From contig CAJINV010000008.1 in NCBI GenBank assembly GCA_905178155.1, positions 3,043,303 through 3,107,302 of the forward strand: a stretch of 64,000 bases of DNA. The letters run 5' to 3'. Below the pieces are notes generated by a model. That model did not search any database, was not told the origin of the DNA, and saw nothing but the letters and a program-made list of their open reading frames with translations. The position numbers were made by a program, and so were the translations under genes. Of the stretch, positions 12,001-22,277 are shown in pieces. This stretch comes from Amoebophrya sp. A120. Lineage: Eukaryota > Protista > Dinoflagellata. Within the stretch, counting starts at the first letter, position 1. The number at the start of each line of letters is the position of its first letter.

Positions 12001-15000
12001 TAACTGTACGCGAGAGTGAGAGATCACTTCATATATCATTTTGAAACTGCAGAAGCGGCTTAGATAATCATCGCGTGCTGTCTCTCTCGTCGTGCAATTA
12101 AGAAGTTTCTATCTTCGCAAAAACGTTCAAGCGTGGAAGGCAAATCCTAGCGCCTCCTGGGAGTCGCGAGGCACTTTTCATTTTGATACCACGCTCGCCG
12201 CCTCGTTCAGCGGAGGCGGTGACGCACAACAGGCCGAAGTATAAAATGCAAATATGTCTGGGTCTGGAAGGATTCAATTTGTTATGCTACTTTTGGAATC
12301 TACATAAAACCTGTATTGCATGAACACCAGCAAAAGAGGTGTAAAAATGTGTGCTACGCGGAGAGGGCGTTTCTCATACAGTATGAGCAACATCAGAAAG
12401 CCCTCGCAAAATCTCTGATGCTAGGGCATGCATCACAGACCTCATGGGTCATGCATAGCGCGAACCATAGATCCCTTTAGCTCTCACTCGGAGCCGAATG
12501 GTGAACGATGAGTGAAGGTAAGGCGCCGATGACGAGCAGCGGCTACAGCCCTATGGGATGATGGCGGCGACAAATAGTAACAGTGTCCCAACCCCGAACC
12601 CAGCAGTACCGGGTGGCAAGGGGGACGAAAGAAATCAATTACAGCAAAGTAATAGTGTCGAGGATGACCGCGGCGCGAGGTATGCTAGCAACAGTAGCAG
12701 TAGGGAGATCGGGCAAGGCGGTTCCGGGCGGGGACCAGTGGCAAACGAGCAGCACGAGACTGCCGGGGCGACAGACAACAAGCAGATCCCGGAAGGGCAG
12801 GACAAGAAGCAGGCCGCGTCGGCGAGAAGTAGCAGTAGTAGCAATTACGCGCAAGCAAATCGCCCGCGCACGGGCAAAATAGAAACCCTGCTGCCACCGC
12901 TCGAAGACGACGAGGTTGAGTACGCAGCCACGAACGCGCCGAACTCAGCAGGGCAACGCGCGCAGAGTAGCAGGCCCCCCCCCGGAGCACGGGGCCACAG
13001 TAGCCCAGGGAGAAACAAAAACGACCTAAGTTCAAGCGTTCCCCCCACGGAACCGAAGACGAGGGCCCCCCAGAGCCCGAAGCGCCTGAGCAGTGGCGTT
13101 GCGCGGGATGAGGCTTTGTACGCAAACTGGAAAGCTTCGCTATTTCCGGGGATCAAGGCGAAACGAGGCACGACAGAGCACGGCCCGGCAGCGGCAAACG
13201 TACGACAACAAGATGGCGAAACGTCCAATGCCAGCCAGCCAGCAATAGCGGGACCCCCGCGCGAACGAATCTCCGCTGCGAGGCAGCACGACGGGAAAGG
13301 CGAGGTACCGAGTAGCACCTCGGAACTGCTGCACGCTCCAGATGGATCAAGCAGCGCAGGGCAACGACAGGACTCAGCTGATCAGCCGTCAACGGGAGTT
13401 CTTGCGTCGCAGGAGAGCAACAGTAACTCTTCAGCAGCTCCAAAGGAATCTGGGTGGCTCGACGAGTTAGGCGAGTTGGACGGCGCCGATTTCCTCTTTG
13501 GCGACCAGGCAGGCGACAGCGACAGCGAAGGAGAGGGGCAGGCAGTAAGATCCCTAAACCACCTGACATGGAATCTGAACGGGCTCACGGCAAAAACGGG
13601 CAAAATGACGGAGAACTCGGAACGATTGCAGTCTGCACTATATCAAACAAGAACCACAAGCGCGATCTCTATTGAACTGAGAACCCCACTCCTCACGTTG
13701 GATCAGGCAGAACTGAAGAACTCACGCTTCCGCCCGAAGTTGGGCGCTCGAGTCTCAACAGCCACGGACGTGCGGAAGTATTGCGCGAGCGTCTTCGCCG
13801 GGGCGGTCGGCATAGTGCAGCGGGACTCCCTAAAAGAGCCACCGCTAGCGCAGATCCGCCGGGAAGTATTCACTCGCGAGGTCGACGCCGGTTTTCTCAT
13901 GAAGGAAGTAACGGAAAAAGAGGACATCGTTTTGTGGACGACGGCGGAGCTATCCACCGACCGGGTTTTCCAATGTGGGCTGTACAGACGCGACACCTAT
14001 ATTGCAAAGTACAAAGAGGAAGAACGCGCAACGGTCGCGAAGCAAATGAAACCGCTGCTGCAAGAACTGGACTCGACAGCAAGGCGCGCTGACCTTCGAA
14101 TTTTCGGCGGGGATATGAATGCCGAGTTCTATGAGGGCCCCGATGGCGAGTTTTTCTTCGCTCGCGAGAAAGTAGCGCCAGTCATACATGAGGAAGTGTT
14201 AGCACCCCTCGCCCGCCTCATGTCCCTCTACACTAAGTACCACTGCCCAGCTGGACCGACTTGCTTCCGCATTACGCCCAGACGGATCGACTTTGCCTTA
14301 ATAGGAGCTAAAGACGCGAACTCACTGAAGGTGAAACAGAAGAGAGTAAAAGTACCAGCAAACTGGCAATATGAGTTCAACAAGAAGCAAACACGGTGCC
14401 AGTGGCTAAAGGAAGACGAAACCCCGGACGAACCCGAAACGGACCACCTAGCAATCCACACAGTAATCCAGTGGAAGCCGACACAAGAAACAACGGACCA
14501 GGTAGCACCCGGCTCGGGACAGAATAACGCGGGCGCCACAGGTAGAAAGCCGACAGCGTTCAACGCAACCTACGCAGAACGAAAACCGGGCGGGCCCGCA
14601 GCTGCAGGCAGAGTCAAGGTCCTGAAGAGCAAGGCGGAATTTGAGAAGTGCGCCCCCTTCCCTGGAGCCATAGCCTGGCCAAGGGGGGCAGCGAAGAAGG
14701 AACAGCTGGCACCAATTCTCGAAGCCGCAGATATGCCAAGCACCCGCGCGGTAGGCCTTGACGGCATACCGAACTGGATCAGAGACTTGCTGAAGGCGGA
14801 GTGCCCCATGAAGGCGAGGAGCTTAATGAGCGAGCAGATGGAAGCTTTCTACGGCCGGAAAGGAGGAAGAAAGGCGAAGCGGGAGAAGAACCAGCAACCA
14901 GAAGAGCCGAGCCCGAAGGGGGGTGGCAACAGTGCCGAAACCGCCGATGAAAAGGCCCTGCGGGAGAAGAAAGAAAAGGTGCGCGAGCTAGTAGAAAGAT

Positions 15001-18000
15001 GGCAGGCGACGTACCCGAAGCTCGAGGAAGACGAAAACGAGGACAGCATCTACAAAAAGGCGAGGAGGGTCAGAAAGTTGGTAACCGGACAAGCCCGCGG
15101 CGAACTTGCGGGAGAGCTCAGTAAGATCAACATAGGAACAAAAGAGCAGCCGAACTGGGTGGAAGGAACGGAGAGAGTAGCAGAAGAGGTCGCGTTCTAC
15201 CACCTGCTCAGAAACGAGTTGATCCGAGCCGCTGAAGGGCTTGGCCACACCTTCAACAAAACGGAGTTCAGTAAAGCCTTCCAGCAGCTAACGGATGCGT
15301 CGGAGCTTGTCCCTGAAATCATCATCACCGGGCCGCAGTTACGGAAAACCCTTTCAAGAATGAATGGCGAGGCCGCCGGAGCCGACGGGATGCGAGTCGA
15401 AGGACTGAAATCCCTCACCGACAGTCAATTGCAGGATGTCGCAGACGGGATGACCGACTTTCTGCGTAAAGTCGGCAAGGCGATCAACTCGCCCGGCAAT
15501 ATGAGCCAGCTCATCCCGCACGCTCTGACGGTGTTGCAGGTCGAGACTCTGACGAAAGCGTCGGGGCCGATCACCGAAGTCAGTAAATTTCGCACCGTGA
15601 TCAAGAATACCTCAGTCATGAAGCTCCTCGTAAGCCACCTCACCTACATCGCAACACGGGTCGCCGATGTGAGTGACGTATTCACCCGATGCGGGGCAGC
15701 CGGGAAGCCAGCAGCTTCGTGCACCCTCCAGCTGCTAGAAGTACTCGAAAGCTGCCATGGCAACGAACTGCGCGACGGCTACGACGACCAAGACGAAAAG
15801 AAGGATAATAGCAAACCGGAGGCAAAGGCGACAGTCCCACCGCAGCAAACCACCACCAGCAACCCGAGCAAGGAACAGAAGAAAGGAGAAGAACAACAAC
15901 TGGGGGCAACAGCAGCCGTCAGTAGTAGCAGTCTAACAGAAGAGGCAGCCGAGGCCGCAGTTGAGGTAATCGAATGGATAAAGCTCCTGATGGGGCTCGA
16001 CGCCAGCAATTTCTACAACTGCTTGACATTGCCAACGGCGGTGCGGTGCATGAGACGCGCGCGCTTGCACCCGACTTTCATCAAGCTGATCATGCTCACT
16101 ACGTGGCCGAAGAAGATCTTCTTGCGGAACGGCGATCATTACGGAGAGGTGCGGGCCCACCATGATCTCATCCAAGGCTCCGTAGAGTGTATGTTGATCG
16201 GAGCAATAGTCTATATGGCCGGCGTCCAGAAGGTAGCCGACTTCTTCGAGGAGTGTTACGACGAACAAGGCCGAATAGTAGCAAGCAAAATCGAGGGCGC
16301 GGCGCACAGACTGAAGAGGAGCGTCAAAGAGTTGTACAGTGGTGACGACATTGACACGTCCTTCCCTGACTACAACTTGAGTGAAGTCGACGAGCTCTGG
16401 TATGATGCTGGCTCACTAGGCGGCTCAGCAACAGGATATCGGCGCACGCAGAGCTGGAACAAATATCGGAAAGTGCACACGCAACAACACCAGCCCGGTA
16501 CGTTGCAGCGACCCGACGGAGCACCGCGACCGAAAACGTCCTCCGCGCTCCAGTTCGTCGAACGATGACGGAACTCTGTGTCTCAGATACAGACCCGCGG
16601 ACCACGCGCTAGCGTTGCGACTTTTGAGCACAGTAAAGTCGGTCTACGAAGATATTTACCGAAGCGAAGGACAATATCTCGCGCCTCTAAAGTGCGAGCG
16701 TGTCTTTTCCGGATCGGCGGAGCAGTCCAAGCAGGTGCGTGAGGTCTTCTCTCCCTTCGGGATCGAGTTCACGGAAAAGCAAGCCGTGAAGATCTTGGGA
16801 GTGGCGATAAGTCTGAGTAGTATGGACGAGCAGCGGGCAGCACTGCGCGCGCAGGTCAGAAGAGCGATCGGAGCAGCACAGCACCACACAGAACAGCTAA
16901 TGGTCGCGCAGCCTCAAATGGATGGGAAAGAACTCCGAACAGCCGTTCAGGTCTTCTTCCTTTCGCCACTGATCTACCGCTTGCCAGTTATGCACCTCAT
17001 CTTCCAGCCAGAGGACTGGACGGAACTACTCACAGACATCGCGTTTGGCGTGGCCCGGTCGCTGGGTTTCAGCTGGGAGGCAATAGCGAAACTAGCAGAG
17101 AAGGCGAAAGTTGGAGGCGACGAGTTCTACCGAGTCATCTTCAGCGAGAATGTGCTAGCGCTGGTTGACCCGTATCTGTTAGGCATTAAGATTCTACGAT
17201 CAGCAGCACAGGCCGGCTACTTGACGGACCCCGACCGACTAATCAAGTGGGCGACGTTCCCGGTCACGTTTCACGGGGCTAGTAGCACGGGTTTGACAGA
17301 AGCAGACGCGGCCGACGTCGACGACAAGAACGAGGCTGGCGTAGCGCTGTTGGAAGCAACAGGAGAAGGCGCAGCGACAAGGTTACCGCCAGCAACCGAC
17401 TTGCGAGTGGCGGGCTTTGTCCCGGATCGGTCTGGACTCAGCGAGGAACCCTCACAGAGGACCGATCACCGACGCCGCTTCTTCAAGATCGAAGCCAACA
17501 ACGCCGGCGACGGAATCGTATCTATGCAGCGAAACAAACAGCGACGGAGTAGTTGTGAGGCCGTTTGTCTTACAGGTAAAAACAAAGCGGAAACATCTGA
17601 AGACCGAAACCGGCCGGAAGGAACAGAGAGCAGTAGCATACATCAGCAACGTACTGTGCGCAATACCGCAGCTGCTCCAAACGCAACAAGGAGTAGGACG
17701 CGACAGCTTCGTAATCTCACTAGAGAACTACCAGGACCTTCATGGAGGAACAAAGGGACCGATCCGACGAGGACAAGGAATCGGCCTGGACCTAGTGGAA
17801 GCAATCGAAGGACTACAGCTCTTAGGACACCGGGTCCTCCGGAAGAACAGCCAGAGCCGAACAGAGTTGAATGCGTCGCAGACGGTGCACGAAATCGGAC
17901 TCCGGTTCGTCAACATCCCGGGGCACGATAAGAACATGGACTGGCCGATCTACGAGTTTGGTGAGGAGCTGTTCGCCTTCGGCCCAGTGTCGTCTTGGCA

Positions 18001-21000
18001 GAAAATGAACAAGAAGGAACGTAGCGACTTCTTGGCGCGGGCGCTAGGAGTAGAGACAGACGAGGAGGCGGCAGAGCGGGTTCGAAAAGAACGAGAAGCC
18101 GAGAGCGCACTGCCCGTGCCAAAGGCACCGCAGGGAGTGAGCCAGAGTAGCGGGACAAACGGCAAAAAGGCGACCAGCGGCGAGGCACCAAAGCAAAAGC
18201 AGGCGAAGGCGAAAGTGCCAGGACCAGCACCGCCACGACCAGAAGGAGAAAAAACGCCGCCACCAAAACGCAGGAAAGCTTCAGAGCGATCGGGCGACGG
18301 CGCTGACAAAAAGAGGAAACCCAACAGAAAAGCGCCACCAGCACCGGCAGCCGCGGCAGAAGAGCAACCCCCAGCAAAAGCCCCGGCACCGAAAAAAGCA
18401 AAGGGGGCAGCCGGGCCAAAACCGAAGCCACCGGTAGCCGCGGCTGAAGGACAACCCCCGCCAAAGGCCCCGGCACAGAAAAAAGCAAAGGGGACAGCCG
18501 AGCCGAAGCCGAAGGCGCCGGAAGACAAACCACCGAAACCCAAGGCAGGCGGAAAGAAGAGACCCGCGGAGGTGGCGGAGGAACTAACGGAGGCGGCGAG
18601 CAAAAAACAGAAGCAAACCAACAAAAAACAAGACGAAGCCAATCCGACGAGAAACAGGCCACCACCTAAGCAGAACGAGCTGCCCAGGCAATCTGCTAGC
18701 TCTGCAGCAACAAATACCGCAGAAGCGGCGCCGCCGAAGAGTGAGCGAGCTGAGACGAGCACGAGCCACGGAACGGAGCTGCCGGCGGAGCAGAGAGGTC
18801 GGAAGGACCCAAGAGCGGTGGACGGGCTCGACGGGGCATCTGAAGTAAACATGCGGGAAATTGCGGAAACGAAAAAAAAGGAGACACCGCCGGCGCGGCC
18901 GTTTTCCATGTTTACATCGACGAGCCAGTTCTCGAAGGTCAGCGACCTGTTCCGCGCAGTGGAGCAGGTCAATGAACGGACTGCACAGTCGTCATCCGCC
19001 TCTTCCTCCTCCTTGTCCACAAATACGAGAGTGCAGAAGAAGTAGTCCCATTAGGTGGATCCCACCGACAGACCCCCAGCCCGCCCCCCCCCCACCCCAT
19101 CTCGCCATAACCCTCCCTGCCCACACAGTGGACGAAGCTCGAATCAGCTGGCGGGGAGCAACTGTCCGACAACAAGGGCTGTAAAAGAAGCATCCGCGAA
19201 AATAACAAGCGCGAACTCTCAGCAACCACCGGGCTGCAGCATGCCATCCGCTAACTCGCGGCTGGTCATCAACAAACGAAAGCGTCTAAGTCGAGTCGAG
19301 TTATCCAAAAACGAAAACGAGCACGAAAGTGTCTGCACAGCGTAGCGGGTAACTTTATGAAAGAAAAAAAGGAAGGTAAAAAAAAAGTCGAACTTGATCT
19401 GCGACCTGATCTGCCTGCTAAGGTATGCTACCTGAGGCGCCTCCATGTTCCTGTTCGAGCGCGGCGACGAAGACGAAGCACGAGAGCAAGCACGCGGAGG
19501 GATGCAGAGAAAAAGAGCGGAACTTCAGAAATGCGTGGCCTCTTGCCCGTTCCCTTCTACTTTTTGTTTTGTTCTTGCTCCCCGAAAGGGGGTTTCCTGT
19601 GGGGGGGGGTGCGGGAAGTCAGAAAACAAATGGCACGAAAGACGCCTGCTAACGAGCTGATCAAGATAAGGAAATGCCTCAGCTGTAGGCAGGGCACTGC
19701 GAGGTCATGCGAAAGAAGAGGCATTAGTGTGATTTCCTTCCTGGCAGGTGCGATCGAGGTGCAAGCTGCGATGGCTGTGTGTGTTATGCAGTGGCGCGTA
19801 AAAAACTACAACAGAGAAGCAAGGCAAAAAAGATCAAGCTCGGGCCGCGCGCGATGCTCGTCCCATTCGTTTTTTCCGCCGGTTCACTTCCTTCATCAGG
19901 GCCTTGCTCAACCCTGGACCAGAACGAGTAGGACCAAGGACCCAAGAGGGAGGCACTGCAGCGGAAAGTTGGAGCAAAACTATTCTTTTTGAAAAAGAAC
20001 CCAATAGGAGCCGACCTGCGTGGATGGTTACAAAACAGGTAGCTTGACCCCAAATGGCAATGATCATTGGGAGCAGCAGAGCGCAGCAGGACCCCGGGAC
20101 TGCAACAGCTCACCCCTGTTTTAGCTTAGAAATACGCAGTGCGCCGAGTATGCCGCTACCTCGACCCCTCAATCAGGCGGACGGCCCGGGGCGGGGATGC
20201 TGACGAAATTCGCGCTATAATCTGGCTAAATTTTTCCGCAGGCCGCGCAGCTTTTCGGCCCCACATTGATGGGCCGCGCGCCTTTGCCCGGCCTGCGCCC
20301 GCCTCGTGCGTGGGGCGGCCGGGCGCCGGGGGCGTTCCGCGGCTTCGCGCGAGGCCCTTTGCGCTCCTTTTTCGGCGGTGCCCCCCGTGGCGCCGCCCTC
20401 GAGCGATTTAAAATTTAAAAATTCGGAGTGGTTTCCGTCCGAATTTTTAAATTTTGCAAAGGCCGGCCCGCGCCCCTGCCAGCTTCGCGGCCCCGCGCCA
20501 CCGCCCGCCGGGCGAGTTCGCCGCGCTGCCGGACCCCCGGATCCGGAATTCGGGGAAGCTAAATCGGACGGATAAATCTTTTTGATTTTCCGCAGAAATT
20601 TGGCTAACCGGACGCCTAAAATGCCGCTAAAAGTGCGCTAACTTCCCCGCTAAGTATGTCGCTAAATATGTCGCTAAGTATCGCGCTAAATGTGTTGCTA
20701 AATCCGACAACAGGGAAATCCCACTGGATTTGGATCCGCGGACCAAATTTAGAAGATTCCCGGTCGGAATTTAGAACACATTTAGAACGATATTTAGACA
20801 CATATTTAGACACATATTTAGACACATATTTAGAAGCATTTCAATTGGACTTCAGCCGCACCTTCCACCCGCGATCCGATCGCGTGTGAAAGGTCCAGCT
20901 GACTCTCCGGGGGCGGAGGGCAAGGCGTTCTTCCGTCGAGCGCGGGACGTAAGCTCCGCGCGCAAGCTTGGGTAGGTCGGCGGGCGTTGACTTGAAGTTG

Positions 21001-22277
21001 CCCGACCGCTCCCGGCAAGCAAGGTCCGCAGCAAGGTTCCAAGCTCCCCGGGCGTGATGGCCGGGTGGCCGCGCCGCACGGCCCGGGCCGAGCGAAGGCC
21101 CCGGAGCCCGCTCTGCGGCGCTTGGCAGAGCGGGGGCGGCGGTTGGTTTCCCGCGGGCTTTTTCTGCTTTGCCTCTTAGGCAGTTTCCTGTCTTTGGGGC
21201 CAAACTATTTAGCGGGAAAATAGAACAAATTTAGCGCGTTACACCGCCCCGCCTCGTCCGTCTGACCTCAAGAAAAGAAGTAGCCCCCCCAACTACAAAC
21301 TCGCCGTCCGCGATCAGGATACGATGCGTACTAACCAACATTGTGCGAACCGAGATCCCGCGGGGCACAGGGTCTGGGCGGCTCGAAGCAGAACGTGCAG
21401 CACAAGCGGGAGACAACACATCCAAAGGTGGGGATGGTCTCAGGTCGTTCAGGTCCGCCAAGGGTTGCGTCTCGCTATCAGGGTTTCGCCAACTCCGTGG
21501 GGGCGTTGCGGGTATCTCCCTAAAACACCAAAACCGGCACAAATTGGGCCGGCAGTCCGGGTAATTGCTCACCAGCCGGCTTGTATGGCGAATAAGGTGC
21601 TCGACGAAGAAGAAATAAGCATGTAATTAGCACCTCCGGTTGGTAGAGCGATCGGCTACCGAGGCACGTCAGGGGGCGTCGCTACTTCAATTCAAATGCA
21701 AAATCCGCATGACAATCTCCTGCATTCTTCCTGACCCAGACATTCTTGTATTTCATACGAGGTCGCCAAGCGCAACCTGCGTGGGTCTCCTGCGCAACAG
21801 GTTGGCGGGATGGCGGAAACCGGTGGGTATTTTTCCCGTGCGGATTTGACGGCGTTTTCGTTTCCGGTACTCCTCTATCCCGTGCAAATATTGATCTGGG
21901 TCTGGAAAATTGATGTCACGCTAAGACATCATGACTGACGAAGTTCGTCCCAATCATGACTGACGAGGTGCAGAAGTTACCCAGCTAAGCATGACAAATT
22001 TTCGAGAAGAAGTTCTATGTCGCACTCGCGCCGCTGTGTTAGAAGTTCTATAGCTTATAAACTTGTTGAGTCCTCAGAAGTTCGCTGTTTGCATTGCAAA
22101 GTGCCACTGCTAGATCATGGTGTTGCGCAACGTGCATGATTACTTATGTATGATACCGGGTGCGCTTTTTTAGTACCTGAGGAACCTGACATATTTGCAA
22201 TGTATATCATGCTGCTTTCGGCGGGAAGCCTTTTGTCTCTCGCCCTGCACCGATGGTGTCTGCGGCGCAGAATCTAA
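1..22277 (+). CDS. Gene A (5'-partial, about 22 exons): giant multi-EF-hand Ca2+-binding protein with acidic low-complexity stalk and C-terminal transmembrane anchor
   Basis: At least 13 EF-loop motifs: DFDADGKLSLAE ~384, DLNGDGEIDSRE ~1125, DIDGDKNLSPAE ~1296, DVNNDGKMSLEE ~1799, DINNDKHFSPAE ~1958, DVNGDNDITLAE ~3269, DLDDDGRISSAE ~5772 (spliced), DINGDGKLSLAE ~6154, DIDDDNKLSHTE ~6827, DMGGDETLSRSE ~7690 (spliced), DLNADGKVDHEE ~7894, DLDDDDKVSQWE ~8219, DGDHSGDVTTFE ~8956. The frame is restored across the TIR introns. The last exons (12194-12239, 21763-21875, 22212-22277) give ...FSFPVLLLLSAGSLLSLALHRWCLRRRI*. A possible canonical GT-AG intron lies at 486-818. The junction at ~10250-11450 is unresolved. 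Confidence 0.8.
1394..1681. mobile_element. TIR introner (family 1, TATCAACTGCAAA..TGTCTGGGTCTGGAA type)
   Basis: TIRs; direct repeat GAGTA/GACTA; close copy of 60895-61159; removal joins GPDEY-IDID in frame. Confidence 0.9.
2000..2308. mobile_element. TIR introner (TATCCTGAGGAAAA-CGTCCCCA type)
   Basis: Imperfect TIR; DR TGAAG/TCAAG; joins AELK-AMRL. Confidence 0.75.
2373..2962. mobile_element. TIR introner containing a nested family-1 element (2494-2743)
   Basis: Outer TIR tattctgtgtaaaaacgtc / gacgttcttggacaggata, DR TCCGC/CCCCC, joins NSA-SELL; inner element has family-1 ends. Confidence 0.7.
3014..3195. mobile_element. TIR introner (family 2-like)
   Basis: tacccaagaaaaaaa / ttttcttcttggata; DR GCGGA/TCGAA; frame restored into the next EF-hand exon. 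Confidence 0.7.
3326..4884. mobile_element. Enlarged TIR introner carrying a 1.2-kb GC-rich insert
   Basis: tattacagtgaaaaagcccgtca vs tggcgggctgttgatttcattgtgata; DR AAATT/CAACT; joins MQKF-KSDP. Confidence 0.65.
3544..4770. repeat. GC-rich insert bounded by ~55-bp direct repeats with an internal ~160-bp tandem duplication
   Basis: ccgcacttgcggttg..cgtcgcgctgcc.gaag.gtt.t...tactttt at 3544-3597 and 4717-4770 (extra core copy at 4691); ggcat.tcgttgcctac.tgc.cacttgc.cactt.gca at ~3935 and ~4097. Confidence 0.75.
4968..5349. mobile_element. TIR element, probably inserted at the end of an older element (~4965-5744)
   Basis: Exact DR GCTAT; tatgcagagaaaaa / tttttgtgtggata; the frame is restored only by removing through ~5749. 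Confidence 0.7.
5805..5998. mobile_element. TIR introner splitting an EF-hand loop
   Basis: Exact DR CTGCT; joins DLDDDGRISSA-ELK. Confidence 0.85.
6215..6476. mobile_element. TIR introner (family 1)
   Basis: About 30-bp TIR, exact DR CGAAT, frame restored. Confidence 0.92.
6527..6777. mobile_element. TIR introner (family 1), reverse orientation relative to 7397-7648
   Basis: Exact DR AGCAG; internal sequence is the reverse complement of 7397-7648. Confidence 0.92.
6991..7204. mobile_element. TIR introner (family 2, TATCGCAAGAAAAAAGTGTTAC type)
   Basis: DR GGACA/GGAAA; frame restored. Confidence 0.85.
7397..7648. mobile_element. TIR introner (family 1)
   Basis: Exact DR GGGCG; joins SAGA-GGSD. 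Confidence 0.92.
7694..7844. mobile_element. TIR introner (family 3, TATCCTGTGCAAAAGTATCGTACTCGTA)
   Basis: Exact DR GGACA; near-copy at 8045-8202. Confidence 0.92.
8045..8202. mobile_element. TIR introner (family 3)
   Basis: DR CGCCT/CTCCT; joins RNRA-LNYYDLDDDDK. Confidence 0.9.
8325..8582. mobile_element. TIR introner (family 4, TATGA.A.TGCACAACTCC)
   Basis: Exact DR CACCG; frame restored. Confidence 0.88.
8649..8862. mobile_element. TIR introner (family 2)
   Basis: Exact DR AAGGT; joins EKV-ISKAEF. Confidence 0.9.
9043..9352. mobile_element. TIR introner (family 1), stop-free and 3n in length
   Basis: DR CACCG/CGCCG; 310+5=315 nt, read through by ORF 8851-10413. Confidence 0.8.
10342..11267 (+). 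mobile_element. Possible retroposed insert (10373-11236) with a 31-bp flanking duplication, (CCAAAG)n tail and internal TTTAGGG repeats
   Basis: gtcctcaagcgatctgcggcctggggcagag exact at 10342-10372 and 11237-11267; ccaaagccaaagccaaag at the 3' junction; gggtttagggtttagggtt at 10701-10719. Confidence 0.5.
11799..12188. mobile_element. TIR introner (degenerate)
   Basis: tatgatcttgaaaag / cttttcattttgata; DR CGACG/CCACG; joins SGTT-LAASF. Confidence 0.7.
12558..19045 (+). pseudogene. LINE polyprotein (endonuclease, RT, RNase H-like, K/P/A-rich tail) with frameshifts near 16420-16610 and ~17400-17500
   Basis: APE motifs LTWNLNG (~13563), GGDMNA, RIDF, TDHLAI (~14450). RT motifs AAGADG, KFRTV, LDASNFY, LIQGS, YSGDD (~16335), KILG. 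RNase H-like ITDAAS...FVNIPGH in ORF 17417-19045. The frameshifts may be decay or assembly error. Confidence 0.82.
20174..21263. repeat. About 1.1-kb imperfect palindrome (foldback) with inverted 11-12-bp tandem arrays, in the LINE 3' UTR
   Basis: Outer arms caggcggacggcccggggcgg / ccgccccgcctcgtccgtctg; GCTAAAT array 20617-20703 mirrored by ATTTAG array 20748-20840; loop-less apex atttgg(a)tccgcggaccaaat 20728-20748; separate perfect 18-bp hairpin 20410-20455. Confidence 0.75.
21876..22206. mobile_element. TIR introner (family 1) inside the transmembrane-coding segment of gene A
   Basis: tatcccgtgcaaatat / atatttgcaatgtata; DR TCCTC/TCATG; removal yields a continuous hydrophobic helix. Confidence 0.75.

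Larger units (their letters stand above)
12456..21695 (+). mobile_element. Apparently full-length non-LTR retrotransposon (APE-RT-RNase H), 9.24 kb
   Basis: TSD ATGCA (12451-12455 / 21696-21700); 3' end ...ttcaattcaa; 102-nt 5' UTR, polyprotein 12558-19045, 2.65-kb 3' UTR. Confidence 0.88.
12240..21757. mobile_element. Family-1 introner split by a LINE (left part 12240-12455, right part 21696-21757)
   Basis: The two halves align end-to-end with the intact copy at 6215-6476; DR CGAAG/CGAGG; removal joins QQAE-VAKRNLRGS. Confidence 0.88.

Noticed and set aside
12456-12557. HDV-like ribozyme in the LINE 5' UTR (gccgaatggt resembles J4/2-P2)
   Set aside because: Some stems exist (ccatag/ctatgg, tcactc/gagtga), but I could not build a convincing P1/P3 nested pseudoknot by eye.
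16420-17500. Programmed ribosomal frameshifts in the LINE
   Set aside because: No slippery heptamer was seen; multiple shifts fit decay or assembly indels better, and a similar likely homopolymer indel occurs at ~11460.
17910-19020. Long minus-strand ORFs (356 and 251 aa), also 62419-63393 and 55343-56083
   Set aside because: Antisense shadows of GC-rich + strand coding sequence, with no domain signal.
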